A stretch of DNA of 64,000 nucleotides from Malacoraja senta (Eukaryota), in NCBI GenBank assembly GCA_038087875.1, contig JAXLNO010002112.1:62001-126000 (forward strand). The letters run 5' to 3'. Each line of letters begins with the position of its first letter. Position 1 is the stretch's first letter. The notes below the pieces were generated by a model. It saw only the letters and a program-made list of their open reading frames with translations. It had not been told where the DNA came from and did not search any database. The translations under genes and the position numbers were made by a program. Positions 24,186 to 37,005 of this stretch are shown piece by piece.

Positions 24186-26384
24186 CTACTCATTACAATG
24201 TTTTGCACTCACTGCCCCAGTATTGTTTCTTTCTTTTTCTCTTTGTCTTCATTTATCGCCATCTATCTGTTGTGGACCTTTATTGTAGGATGCAGCTTGA
24301 TAGAGGAGCTTTGTTCAAAATATGTTTGGTGTTAGGTCCATTCTCTCATATGTTTCAGTGAATAGGTCATCAACAACTTGGAGTGTGTCCTCAGAACATG
24401 CGCATACACTAGTGCTGACTGCACACAACAGCTCAACAGCTCAAATAAATTCAAGGAAAACAAGTCAAGTTTGCACAACCAGTTTTCAATGCTGGTATCA
24501 TTTTAGTGAATCTGCACTGTAAACTCTGCAAACCCAATATATCTCACTAGCCAAGATCAAGTGCAGTATTCTACTATCAAAATGCTTAGGTTTTGTCACA
24601 TTGTACCATTGTCTCATTGTCCCAGTCATGTCAAGGTGAATCCATCAAGGCAGTTCTACTGAGGCAATGTGTAATTCATGTATATCAGGAATCATATCAG
24701 TCTTAGGTGAGTCAAACACACAGAAAATGCCTCAGAGTAATTTAGTCAAAAAGATTTGGAAAAATCTTTTTGACCTCCGAAGGTAGTTTAATAAAACTCC
24801 ATGAGGCATATGTATTGAATTTCAACATCTACAAATCCACATACCTCTCAAACTGGAAATGTTCTTGATTCTTATGGGTTTACCTTTAAAGGGCTAAAGT
24901 GCCTGACATCTTAAGTGAAGGGCTTAACTTAAGGTCAGAGGAAAGGTCGAGAACTGAAAAGTCATCTATCTATTCCTACACGTGCTGCCTAACCCGCTGA
25001 GTCCTCCAGCATTTATTTTTTCCTTAAGTGAATCTTTGTTTAACATATATTTTAGTAGTGCATTCAAAGGATCAATATTAAAATCTAAATAAATCTTAAC
25101 CTTTTTATTTCAAAGTTACCTCCTTACAATTAATACCAAATGATCTTTCAGTCAGAAAAAAAATCGGTGCTCTTTATCATTTAAAAAATATCAAGTGGAA
25201 CTCCTCATTCTACCCTTTTCCGTTGAAAAAAAATGATTTCCGGAGTCTGATAGCTTAAGACTTTGATCATTTCTTGACCTTCTCCAAGGCCTCAATTTCT
25301 GTCGTCCATCAAAGTGAGTAAAATTGAGATACATTTCTAACATCTGCTGTGAGGATCTGAACAGCAAACTTCTGTCTTCAAGGTTTATTCCTCATATCAT
25401 GGCTTACACACAGCGACATTCATTGCATGGTCATAGCACCTCTGGGTTCATCATTGGCTAATCATACTGTCTGATAGAATGTCACCTGAAATTCTTAAAG
25501 TTAAATGTTTTAATTGTACGCATCCCATTCACTAAATCCATTTGTGTATGCTATTTTTCTAGATGATTTGTCAGAATGTCCCATGCTTTTCCATGTTATG
25601 TCTATCCATTTGCTTTGTTTTTATAGTCTTAAAATGGCTGAAAAGGAACAGGACCCACAGAAAGTCCTTTAAAGGTAGAGTTCGGCCAAGACCCTTACTT
25701 GGACCAGACTGTGTTATATGTTGTTAGTGCATGGCAACTCCAGTGTATAACGATCATTTCACTTGCTCAAACATCTTGGGTACAATCCAATTCTTCCCAT
25801 TTGTTTCGTGCTCCATTCTGTTGCACTGACAGGACTTGGCACTGAGTAGGTCAATGAGTTTCGTGATACTATTTATCCCGAATAAATAGATTTTGTTGGA
25901 CAAATCCTGAATAAATTATACACTAATCTCAAAGTATTGCCATTCTTGACAGAAAAATTGTTTTGAGTTGTGTTGGACATGATGTTTGATATATGAATAA
26001 TATAGATAGGACACGAGATGAAATTCATTCAGACTGGCACCAAGCCATAGGGTTCCTTTATTAATGAGAAAAAGGAGGACTTTTTTAAAATAATAAAATC
26101 ATCAAAAAGCACAAACAATAAATTATATTTAGTAGGTGGCCATTCATAGAGAATGACACACATAAATTTACTTTAAAAAGAGGAAATTCCACCCTATCAT
26201 AAGATAAGCTTGGGTGTACTGATGATGTTTAAAAGGTGATCGAAAGTTAGTAACATAAAATCACTTGAGGTAGAATACCTGTCATTTTAATGTGTGTTAC
26301 ATGGGCTGTTAAAAAAAGATGTCATGTTGAATCACTCTGTTAAAATCAAAAGAAAGATAGCCAACTGATTATTTAGTTTATGCA

Positions 26385-26560
26385 AAACACAAGGTGCTCG
26401 AGGAACTGAGTAGGTGAGGCAGCATCTGGGGAGGGAATGGATTGGCAGTGTTTTAGATCAAGACCCTTCAGCCAAGACCCGAAACATCACGTCTATTCCC
26501 TCCCCAGATGCTGCCTGACCCTCAGAGGTCCTCCAGCATTTTGTGTTTAGCTCAAGATTC
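26385..26560. mobile_element. Fold-back Penelope pLTR element (diverged)
   Basis: Inverted arms AACACAAGGTGCT..GGCAGCATCTGGGGAGGGAAT and ATTCCCTCCCCAGATGCTGCC..GCATTTTGTGTT. Confidence 0.7.
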
Positions 26561-26563
26561 CAT

Positions 26564-26596
<33 letters not shown>
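26564..26596 (+). repeat. (TAAG)8 microsatellite
   Basis: Read directly from the sequence. Confidence 0.95.
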
Positions 26597-26979
26597 TGAC
26601 ATTATCGACAGTTTCTTCAGTCTCCTAGTTATCCAATCTATTATTTATTTATTTCAATTAATTATATATATTGCCCCAGCAGGAGAGATAAATCATATAT
26701 TACTGTCATTTTAAACACACCCACTTTAAAAAAGTGGTGTGCTTTCAGCAACTTTCTCTCTACAGTGCTGCTTGTGCTGCCACCTAATGAACAGTCAGAG
26801 TACCTTTTCTGAAATAAATGACATCTGGTAGCTTGGCCGTTGAGATTATATTTTGCTCCACTTTCACCAGGCTTACATAAAAGCTGCCCTGAGCATAACT
26901 GTTTCTCACTTAGTATTTAGTTTATCGTCCTTGGTAAATAGAAAATTTGATGTTTCAGAAACATAAAACGCGTATAAGA

Positions 26980-27320
26980 CCATGAGAGGAATAGATAAGG
27001 TAGATGACAGTGTCTTTTACCCAGGGTGGGAGAATCAAGACCAGAGAACATAGGATTAAAGTGAGGGGGAAAACAATTTAAAAGGAACTTAAAGGGCAAC
27101 TTTTTAACACAAAATGTAGTGGATATATGGAACGAGCTTCCAAAGGAGATAGTTGAGGCAGGTACTATCATAACGTTTAGAAGATATTTGGACAGGTATA
27201 TCGATAGGATAGGTATAGAAGGATATGGGTCAAATGCAGGCAGGTGGGACTACCATAGATGGGGCATCTTGGTTGGCATGGGCAAGATAGACTAAAGGGC
27301 CTGTTTCTGTGCTCCATTAC
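26980..27320 (+). mobile_element. CR1/HER1 LINE 3' end
   Basis: Reverse-complement similarity to 9383-9780. Confidence 0.8.
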
Positions 27321-28039
27321 TTAGACTGTGCATTCATGTCTTACTTAAAACATTTCAATATATAATTTAAACCGTTAATAAATTGGCAATATTAGCAATA
27401 CCGGCCATACTGCTAAGAAATTTAAATTATTTTAAACACTGCCCTCGACATGTCCAATTCAGTGTTGGTCGGCATGGGGAAGTTAGGCTGAAGGACCTGT
27501 TTCCATGCCGTATGACTCCATGACTCTATGACTTGATAAAAAAAAAAGAAATCATTTGTCCTCTATGTTTTCAAAATAAAAAATATTTGTTATATTTCAT
27601 GAGGTCATTATACCTGCTAAAATAAGTATAGTTATTGAAAGGCAGTGGATATATCAGTGTAAAACTCACTGTTTGCAACCAAGCTGTAAAGGCTGACTGC
27701 TATTTCCAGCCCAATGGAACCAGAGTTAGATGGCAATTGGGATTCCACTTATTAAGTGAAAATTGTATATTCTCGTAATTTATGAATCCATTAATAGCCA
27801 CTTTTAACTTCGTAATGTTTACAATGATGATGAATGAACAGTTCTTTGTTTTGGTCGTGTCTTCAAACTATATTCAAAATAGATAGTTAGTCATTGCGTT
27901 ATAAAAGAGAATCAGTTCTTAATGTTAGGAGATTCCCTCACCAGAACAAGACATAACTATGTAGTGATAAACTTATTTTGCACGTGTCCTACTGTAAACA
28001 TATCAATTTCACTGGAAAGTCTATTGATATTAGCAATGA

Positions 28040-28400
28040 ATGATCTGTGGCATCTACTTACTTTTGCTCAGTCAGAATGTTGAATTCATGTCTCACTCCT
28101 GAGACCTGAGCAAATGATTAAGAGTGATGCTTCTACACATGACTAAGAAAGTACTACACAGCCGAAGATGCCACTTTTAAATGAGATGTTTAACTGGGGC
28201 TATCTGTATATCCATTGACACCAAACTGTGTCACTCCTTTTCTGTGAATTCTACTTGTACATTGTTTAATTTTACTTCAAAACCAACATCACTCAAATTT
28301 CTTGTTTTACTGTTTGTGCAAGGTTGTAGTATGCAGATCAACATAAAATGGCTGTGAAGCTATTGGGCATTCTGAATGGATGAAAGCCACATATTAAATG
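28040..28400 (+). mobile_element. Ancient DeuSINE (SacSINE1/AmnSINE1-like) remnant
   Basis: Resembles the recalled Deu-domain consensus (CACTCC.GAGAC.TGAGCA...GATGCC.CTTT...ATGAGATGTT.AAC); highly diverged. Confidence 0.45.
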
Positions 28401-30574
28401 CAAATTTGTTTTTGCTATTGTTTATGTGAGGAGTTTGAATTAATCTGAGAGACGTTTTAATTAGTCTGAATTTTTAACCTTTTACACTTTTTAAGTATTT
28501 ACTAATCAATATTGATTAGATAATGTAGCAATGAAAAATAGTAATCTAAAATGGGACATACAAGCTGATTGAAAATCATACTATGTTTTAATTTGTAAAC
28601 ATTTCCCATAACATCACATTGCTTTCTGTGAATATGTTGTGCTCAAAATATTTTCTGCCTATTCAAAAAATAGAAGATTGTGCCCCCTGGTTTCCAGAGT
28701 TACTCATTTGTTGTCATGGACAAGATGGTATCTATTTAAAGTTACTAGCAATCTCATACATTTCAAATTTAGCCAAAGAGATTAAACAATGTTCTTCACA
28801 ATCATTTTAAACCTTTACTTCTGTCTAATATTCCCACAGCTAGTGTTTCTATTTAATATTTATCATCTCCTGTGGAGCATATTTATTATCTACTACTTTA
28901 ATTTCAGTGAAAACAAGAACAAGGAATAATGCTGTTGTTTTCAATTTCAGTTTTTTTCCCCTAGCATTTGCATTTTTTTAATTTTCTACAAATATCAGGT
29001 GGTTTAAGACACATTGAAGAATTTTCATATACACGCTAAGGATATCTGTGAAGGCATAAAGTTTAGTAATTACTGCTCAGCCTGCCTGACTGTGCCAGGA
29101 TTGTGAGGAATAGCTGTCAGATTTAAAGTGTTTCTGGTAAACCACAAACTTGCTCAAAATGACTACCAAGCAGGCAGAAGGCAGCTTGCAGTTAGAAATG
29201 AGGATACTACACTGGAAAAGTAATAGAATGAAAGAACAGACTTGCATTTATAAAGCACCTTTCCCATCAGTGCTAATTGAAACACTGCTTAGCTAATAAA
29301 CAGTACGTGCCACTCAGTAGTTTAGTGGTGTAATGGTTACGTTACTGGACTAATCTATTTAAGCAATTTGAAAATGCTGTATGGAATTTGGTACTAAAAA
29401 GCTGGTTTTCTGTGAAAGTGACCACAAAACCACTGTCATAAAATCATAATTGGCTTACTAATGACTTAACCTGGTATATGAATGCAGCCCTGACTAATGC
29501 AAGCCACGGGTTGTATCAATAACAATGAACTAAAAATGTTGGCACATTCTGAAAATGAATTAAAAAAAAATACAGGTAAGAACTAATTTATACTCAAAAT
29601 GATCAATATTTCACCTTTATTCATAAAGCTAATGTTTCTATTGAACATAATAGAATATGTGGGCACATTTGTTATCTGGTTCTATAATTAGTGAAATTAA
29701 GATCACAGAGTAATCACTGGGGGAAAGAATGGCTGTTGGTTTGATTGAGAATCACAATGTGACATTAATACAACAGTGACAGCTGGAAAATCTTCATTTA
29801 TAGCAACATTTCAGCATGTTAGATGTAATAAATGTAAAAAATGATTCAGCATTTTTATCCACATCATATAATAATTATAGGGCTGTTTGTGAGCCGTGTT
29901 AAAGCCATCCGGTATTCCCGATAGAAATTCTCCACACTTCTTCCCAATTTCAGTCCTCCTCATAGAATCCCAACTTTGCACTACTCAGCTCAAGAGTCCT
30001 GTTCAACATCACATCCCAAATCTTCTGCTGTAAAAATCATCAGCCATGCCTTTTGACACCTGCAATTCAGTTTTGCTGGCCTGAGTACCACAGAATAGAA
30101 ACTCAATCCTCATCAATCAAGTTTCGCTCACCCAGCAGCTGTTCCCACCAGCTCGCTCCTTGTTTCCTTTTCTATTTCAATCAAAATCCTCATTCATGAC
30201 CAACTTCCCTTTTGAGATAAATAAAGTTCTATCGTATCGTATGGCCTTGTTCTGCCCAACTCGTTTACATTCTAGCAGACACATGCATTCATTCACTGGT
30301 TATGGGTATTGCGGCCGAGACAAATGTTTAAGGCCAGTTGGCAGGAAGTCAGGGGACCTCCTCTTGCACCTTCTATCAGGCCGAGCTGTAACAACTGTTT
30401 GTAGATCCCTTGACGAGGTGAGAAAGTGGATGTGGTGCCTGGCCCACTTCCTTGGTCTGCTGGTATGTTTCAACCTTCTGTAACTTTGATAAATTGGTAT
30501 GTGCTTAGGTTGGAGCACAATGCTGAGATATTAGTTTGACTGGAATATCCATTGATTGAAACATGAGGGCAGTA

Positions 30575-30880
30575 GAGTGAGATAGCAGGAAGTGCAACTG
30601 CCCTCACAGTTACAGCAACCTGGGATTGACCCTGACCTCTGCTGCTGTCTGCGTGGAATTTACATATACCTCTTCTGTTTCTAGTTTCACCCACATCCCA
30701 GAAACTTTCTGGTTCGTAGGTTAATTGGCCCCTGTAGATTGCCCCTGGAGTAGGTTGGTGGTAAGATATTCAGGTGATGACTCAATGAACATCTGGAAAG
30801 ATTGCAGTGAAATAAATAGGGTCTTTGGGTTATTTCGTAACATGGCATAGACTTGATAGATGAATGTCCTCCTGTGTCAT
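30575..30880 (+). mobile_element. HE1-like V-SINE (diverged)
   Basis: Core CCCACATCCC...GTAGGTTAATTGGC.CCTGTA.ATTGCCCC. Confidence 0.7.
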
Positions 30881-31889
30881 AAAGAAGGTTAGTGTATTTC
30901 TTTTTAGTGGTGATTTGAAATGAGTATGGATTGTGATGATTTTCTTTTTGCTGGTCTGGGGCAACACAGAAGCATCGTTTCAGACCTGCATGAGTGCAAA
31001 TGTACAGCACTTCTTCATCACGGCTGGCTCATTTTTCAAATAGCCCTGGTATCTCTTCCCTATCACTAGAGACCTTCTGGGATAACTTCACCCTTCCTTT
31101 CCATCTCCTACTATGCCATCGTTTACCATTTGGAATCTGAATTTTTACTACTCTTGTAAAGTTCCCTGAAATGTTTTTTTTTCTAATTTAAGTATTGTTT
31201 AGAATGTTATTGGAAAATAGGTGTCCGTTAATTGGAGAGTATTTAGATTTTAGTTTTGACTTTCAATTGGTTAATATAGATTTTGTGTGAATCGGAATGT
31301 TGTCTACAAATTCATATGCCTGTATGGATCACGATAATTCATATTGATGATATAATGCATTAGCTCTGCAATTGAGAATTAGTTAAGGATAATAAAAGGT
31401 AAATGAAAGCAATTGGAGATGTTCAAGTAAGCTGCAAGTAGAAGAAACAGCAATGAAACTTGTGATTGCTAACATTCTGTTAGAGATTTAGGAACATTGG
31501 TATAATGTGTGTTGAGTTACAGATTTATACATTGCCAAATTAAAACACGTCCTTAGTTCCAATATAAACTCTCATCAGAAGTAGACTACAATGAAGGGAA
31601 ATGTGTTGTGTTAGAAACCACCCATTCTATGATGTTTATTCTTTGTAACCCTTGTACTCCCTGGTGAGATTTGTAAATTATTTCTTGTTTCCTTTAAAAT
31701 GCTCAAGGAATAAAATGTAATCCACAATGTGTAAAGGGACCCATAAATGGAATAATGACAAATTCTAGGGCTATAGGTCAACATTCCTTCACTGAACAGT
31801 GGGTGAAACAGCAGCTGATGTGCACCATGTGCCCAGAGGTGAAATCTGTTCAATCTGTGCCAATGCATTGAGTGCCAATGAGATTCTCT

Positions 31890-32440
31890 GAGAGTGAAGA
31901 AGAGACAAAAGAAAAGGGAAGGACAAGAAAAAGAGAGTTGAGGAAGGTTTACTAGGGAAAGAAGAAGTGAGACCTCATGAACCTCATGAGGGGAGGTGAC
32001 GAAAGAAAGGGATGGGAAGCAGAGAGAGGGCAAGGCAGGGTGAGGTGAGATTGAGGGATGTAGAAATGAAAGGGAAAAGTGAAACCAGTAGGATGTGACC
32101 ACTGAAGGGAAAGGAAGAAGGGGAATGAGGAAGTGATGTGGGCTGAATAACAAAGGGGGGAGGAAAGGTAGCTAATTGGACAGGGAGTTTGATGGAGGAG
32201 TGTGAAGGACTGAGTAGGTAAGAAACGGTGTGGAGGGCAGGAAGAATTAGGACAAGAAAAGGACAAAGAGTTTGAAAAAAGAGCAATGGAAAGAGTGGGA
32301 GTGAAGGATGGGGGAAGAAAGGAGAGCTGCTAGTAAGGAGGAGTGAAGAATAGAGAATGCTCAGATTATAGGAAGAAGAGGAAGGGAGAGAAGTGAGAAT
32401 AGCTGAGAGAATAATAGAGGGAGGGAGGGTGAGGGCAAAG
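31890..32440 (+). repeat. Purine-rich (GA-rich) low-complexity tract
   Basis: About 550 bp strongly A/G-skewed on the + strand. Confidence 0.8.
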
Positions 32441-32464
32441 CATGAACATAGGTAGATCATTCAT

Positions 32465-33730
32465 CTTAGAGTTATAGAGTCATACAGTCTGGAAACAGAC
32501 CTTTCAGCTGAACTTGCCCATGGCGACCAACATACCCCGTTTAATCTAGCCCCACCTGCCTGCTTTTGGCCCTATCCCTCTAAACCCATCTTCTCGAACT
32601 TGCTTGCATTCAATAAGATCTTGGCTGATCTTTTACTTCAGCACCACTTTTGGAATATAAAACAGTACAGCACAAGAACAGGCCCCTAGGTCCACAATGT
32701 CTGTACTGAACATGATGCCAAGACCAACTCTTAGCAGCCTGCACGTAATCCATATCCCTCCATTACCTGCATATCCATGTGCCTATCCAAAAGTCTCTTA
32801 AATGCCACTATCGTATCTGCCTCAACCACCACTCCAGGAATTCACCACCGTCTTTGTAAAAAGACTTGCGCCACACATCTTCTTTAAACTTTGCCCCTCT
32901 CACCTTAAAGCTATGCCCACTAGTATTTGATTTTTCCATCCTGGGAAAAAGATTCTTATTATCTATCCTATCTGTGCCTCTCATATGTCCCCATGCAACC
33001 TCTGGCATTACCCCCTAATCCAAGGCATCATTTTGGTAAACCACCTCTCAAGAGTCAAGTCAAGAGAGTTTTATTGTCATGTGTCCCAGATAGGACAATG
33101 AAATTCTTGCTTGCTGCAGCACAACAGAATATGTAAACATAATACAGAACAGGAGATAAAAGTTCAGTGTGTCTATATACCATAGACCATATATATATAT
33201 ACAATAAATAAACAGATAAAGTGCAATAGTAATAATAGACTTATTGTTCAGAGCTTGTTTGATGTTGTGTTCAATAGCCTGATGGCTGTGGGGAAGAAGG
33301 TGTTCCTGAACCTGGATGTTCCAGATATTCACTCTTTCCAAAGCCTCCACATCCTTCCTGATCAGAACTGGATGCAATACTCCAAATGCAGCCTAATCAA
33401 CGTCCTATAAAGCTGTATTATGCCTTCCTGGCTCTTGTACTCAATGCCCTGAGCTATGAAAACAAGCATACCATATGCCTGCTTTACCACTCTATCTACT
33501 TGTGTTGCCACTTGCAGGGAGTTGTTGACTTGGACCCCATTATCCCTCTGTACTTCAATGCCATTAATTGTATATTTCCACACATCACATTTACTCTAAT
33601 TGAATTCCATCCACCACAATCCTCTGTCTTCCATCAGTAAGCCATTTCTGAACCCATATGACCAAGTCATTGTTAATCACATCCACCTTAATCTTCTGGG
33701 TCAGCCTACCATGGGGGACTTTATTCATAT
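32465..33730 (-). mobile_element. Cluster of CR1 fragments with a nested second LINE 3' end (about 33050-33325)
   Basis: CR1 ORF2 peptides (QVDRVVKQAYGML...LYRTLIRLHLEYCIQF; NLFPRME..TSGHSFKVRG). Confidence 0.75.
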
Positions 33731-34999
33731 GCTGTACTAACCCATACCCCTTGACTCTCGTCCAAATTGGCACAGATTAGGTGGGCCAGAGGACATTTTT
33801 CCATTCTTTCTGACTCCAAGAATCCAAGCCTCCACACACCTGGCCCCAGCACCAACCCCTGTGGCACTCCGTTAGGTTCAGTCTCCAAACCTAGCCCAAT
33901 AACTAATCTCCAATCAGCAGTATATTACCAGAGTATCACATTCTCCAATAAAATCTTATGAACATTTGAATACTGCACAACCACGGGTTTATACTTATGC
34001 AATTTTGTTAACTACAATCTCAAATCTGATTTCCCTTTCATAAATTGAGGTTGACTGCTGAATCTTATAATTACTTTCAATGTGCCCTTCTATCGCTTCC
34101 ATAATAATAGATTCCTACATTTGCTCTGCAACCAATGTCAGGCTAGCTGGTCTTAAACTGGAAGTTGACAATCAATACATCCAATATCTCCACTGCCAGG
34201 TTTTACCAAACCTTGAAATGTAAGTCGTGAGTCCCGGGATTTATCGACTTTACGTTCCATTAATACTTCCATACATTTTTAGTGTTTTACTGCCTTAAAT
34301 GGAAATGTGTTTGTTGTAATCTATGTATTCATTCTCTAAATATCATATTGGTTGTCTACTGTCAGGCATTTTTAAAGTAGATTTTCAACTTATCAGAACC
34401 ACAAGTGCCTCATGCATTCATATTTGGTTTTGTTTAGTTTTAAGATCTGGGTTGCAATAGAATTAATTCACTTGCAAACTTTTTTAGGTAATATAATCAT
34501 TCTTCTTTTTACCCACGTTATTAGTTAGCACATTGAATTTAAAATAGCCTGTTCTCTAATTGGTTCCACAACATAGAAATCTAAAAATCCCATCTTATAT
34601 GGATACTGTGAATACATCCTCCACCCTACTGCTGCTAATTTGGTTTTCATGGTATATGCGTAGGTTGAAGTCCACCATGGTTATTGCATTACAATTGCAA
34701 CATGGAGTGAGGATGAGGGAGACGGTGACAGTGTGACATTGAATACGAAGATTGGGGAGGGAAAAGGATCAATGATCTGAGGTTAATGAGATGCAACAAA
34801 TGGGTTAACTGGAATTAAATGGTGAGAGGTTGTGGTAAGATAAGAATGAATGAGGTAGAATGAGATGGAACAGCATTTGGCACAACATTTAATGCTGGTG
34901 CCTCAATGCTGCAGGGACTTGAGATATATGCTGACCTCGGGTGATTTCTACAGGAAGTTTGCACATTCTCCCTGTGACCACACGTTTCAGACTAGTGTT

Positions 35000-35181
35000 A
35001 AAGAAGGAACTGCAGATGCTGGAAAATCGAAGGTACACAAAAATGCTGGAGAAACTCAGCGGGTGCAGCAGCATCTATGGAGCGAAGGAAATAGGTAACG
35101 TTTCGGGCCGAAACGTTACCTATTTCCTTCGCTCCATAGATGCTGCTGCACCCGCTGAGTTTCTCCAGCATTTTTGTGTAC
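35000..35181. mobile_element. Perfect fold-back Penelope-derived element
   Basis: 74-bp perfect inverted arms 35033-35106 and 35108-35181. 15-bp TSD TTTCAGACTAGTGTT at 34985-34999 and 35182-35196. Confidence 0.9.
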
Positions 35182-35249
35182 TTTCAGACTAGTGTTGTGT
35201 GCTGAAATGTTAATTGTCTTTTGTAAATTATTCTTATTGGAGGCAAGTA

Positions 35250-36060
35250 GCGAGGGGAGAGATAATGAGAAGGAGATGGGGTGAGGAGGGAAGGGCTAAA
35301 GAGGAGTGTGGGTGTGGTGCAGGTGAGGAGGAGTGAGAGGGGGCATGAGGTGAGGGTGTAATGGTGATGAAAAGGAGCGGTGTGATAAGGATGTGGAGTG
35401 GATGGGTGCGAGAGCTGTGGGGGTAAAGTGATGAGGAGGGGTGTGGTGGAGGTGAGCGGTGTGCAGGAGGTGAGGGGTGTGGAGGGAGGGTGAGAAGTGT
35501 GCCGGAGGAGAGGGGAGTGGGGGAGGTGAGGGCTGTGGTGCAGATGAGGGGTGTGAGGAGGAGGAGGTGATGGGTGTGGAGAGGAGGTGAGGTGCAGGGG
35601 TGAGGGGTGTGGATGGGGAGATGAGGAGTGGTGAGGGGTGTGGAGAGGAGGTGAGGTGCAGGGGTGTGGATGGGGAGTGTGGAGGAGGTGTGATGGGTGT
35701 GATGGATGTGAGGGGTGTGGAGAGGGAGTGAGGGGTATGGAGAGGAGGTGAGGTGCAGAGGTGAGGGGTGTGGATGGGGAGATGAGGAGTGGTGAGGGGT
35801 GTGGAGAGGAGGTGAGGTGCAGGGGTGTGGATGGGGAGTGTGGAGGAGGTGTGATGGGTGTGATGGATGTGGGGTGTGGAGAGGGAGTGAGGGGTATGGA
35901 GAGGAGGTGAGGGGTGTGGATGGGGAGATGAGGAGGTGAGGGTGTGGAGAGGGAGTGAGGGGTATGGAGAGGAGGTGAGGGGTGTGGATGGGGAGATGAG
36001 GAGGTGAGGGTGTGGAGAGGGAGTGAAGGGTATGGAGAGGGGCGTGAAGGATGTGGTGGT
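35250..36060 (+). repeat. G-rich complex minisatellite (GGAGAGGAGGTGAGGGGTGTGGATGGGGA variants)
   Basis: About 800 bp of reiterated G/A/T units, almost C-free, abutting the internal promoter. Confidence 0.9.
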
Positions 36061-36069
36061 GTTGAGCTG

Positions 36070-36240
36070 GGATGGGGCGGCCGGTTGGGTTCCCCCTCGG
36101 CGGGCGCTCGCTGTCACAGAGGGCGGACCGAGCCAATGAGCACCGGGAGGCGGGGCGGCAGCGCGGTGTCGCCGGGCGAGGTGAGCGGCCAGCGAGCTGG
36201 GTATAAATAGAGCTGTGACTGCCGGCTGCGGGCAGTCGGC
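36070..36240 (+). promoter_or_regulatory. Internal CpG-island promoter with GC boxes, CCAAT and TATA
   Basis: GGGCGG at about 36075, 36121 and 36152; CCAAT at 36133; TATAAATAG at 36202-36210, in canonical spacing. CpG-rich, followed by a leader with several GT donors (36403, 36418, 36430). Confidence 0.78.
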
Positions 36241-36730
36241 GGCGAGCGGCGGCGGCGCTGGGACAGACTGACTGACTGACACTCACCAGCCCACCGGCAG
36301 ACAGCGATCACAGCTTCTCAATCCGCGGCAGACAGACAGACAGACGGACATCAGCGGCCGGAGCCTGGGAAACGCACTCTGGCTGCTCCCAACTTGCTAC
36401 AGGTGCGCACTACCCGGGTGGGTGTTGCGGTGAGCGGGTGGTGGGGACCAGGTTGGCAGAGGGTGTTCTGCGTGGCGGGAGTGTGTGGGGGCAGTCCTGG
36501 TACAGGGAGCTGTGCTGACTGTAGTACGTGCCAAACAGTTTCTGATTTCTAGGCTTCTAGTTTGTATTTTGTGCTGCCTTCTCCATTGTGATTCTCCATC
36601 AACCACCCGCCTGGCCCCTCTACTATAATAAGTATGGATTATCTATCAATAATCCATGGCAAACCTGCCCCTCTTCCGAGAGACGTTGACAGCCTGAAAC
36701 TAGGATTAAACACAAAGCATCAGCGGCTGG

Positions 36731-36776
36731 ATGAGCCGGAGCCCATTTGTGCACTGCACACTGGTTTATACAACAG
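36731..36776 (+). CDS. Candidate alternative N-terminal coding segment (MSRSPFVHCTLVYTT) for the internal-promoter isoform
   Basis: ATG at 36731, ACAG|gtgtgt donor, phase 1 compatible with exon 36865 across an 88-nt intron. Weak Kozak context. Confidence 0.3.
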
Positions 36777-36864
36777 GTGTGTAACTTTCTTGTTATCAAC
36801 ATTTGAACACTATATATTAAGAATTTGCAACCACATGTGATAGTGAATGAGAATTCTCTTTTAG

Positions 36865-37005
36865 TGGATTGCCCAGATAAGGCCCCATATTTATTACCCT
36901 GGAACCCTGGACATCATGAAAATAAGAAGGTTAAGATTGGACGGAGAATGTTCCTAAAACTGGAGTCTTCTGCCTCGCTACATTCCATTATTATAGAGAA
37001 CGGGG
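36865..37005 (+). CDS. CEMIP2-like: CEMIP2-like exon, start of G8 domain (VDCPDKAPYLLPWNPGH...IENG)
   Basis: ctcttttag|TG acceptor, GGGG|gtaagt donor. Homologous to the CPDQ..PWNPG/WDPG start of CEMIP/TMEM2. Confidence 0.93.

Noticed and set aside
31611-32460. Minus-strand Leu/Ser/Pro/Phe-rich ORFs of 104-180 aa
   Set aside because: Artefact of the purine-rich tract.
35234-36286. 350-aa and 328-aa His/Pro/Thr-rich minus-strand ORFs
   Set aside because: They are translations of the G-rich minisatellite and CpG island; open in several frames, low complexity.
36634-36840. 68-aa ORF as the N-terminus of the hyaluronidase
   Set aside because: At the better donor (36777) it is phase 2, whereas exon 36865 needs phase 1. 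Only a weak gtttat donor (36764) would fit, and there is no signal or TM character.
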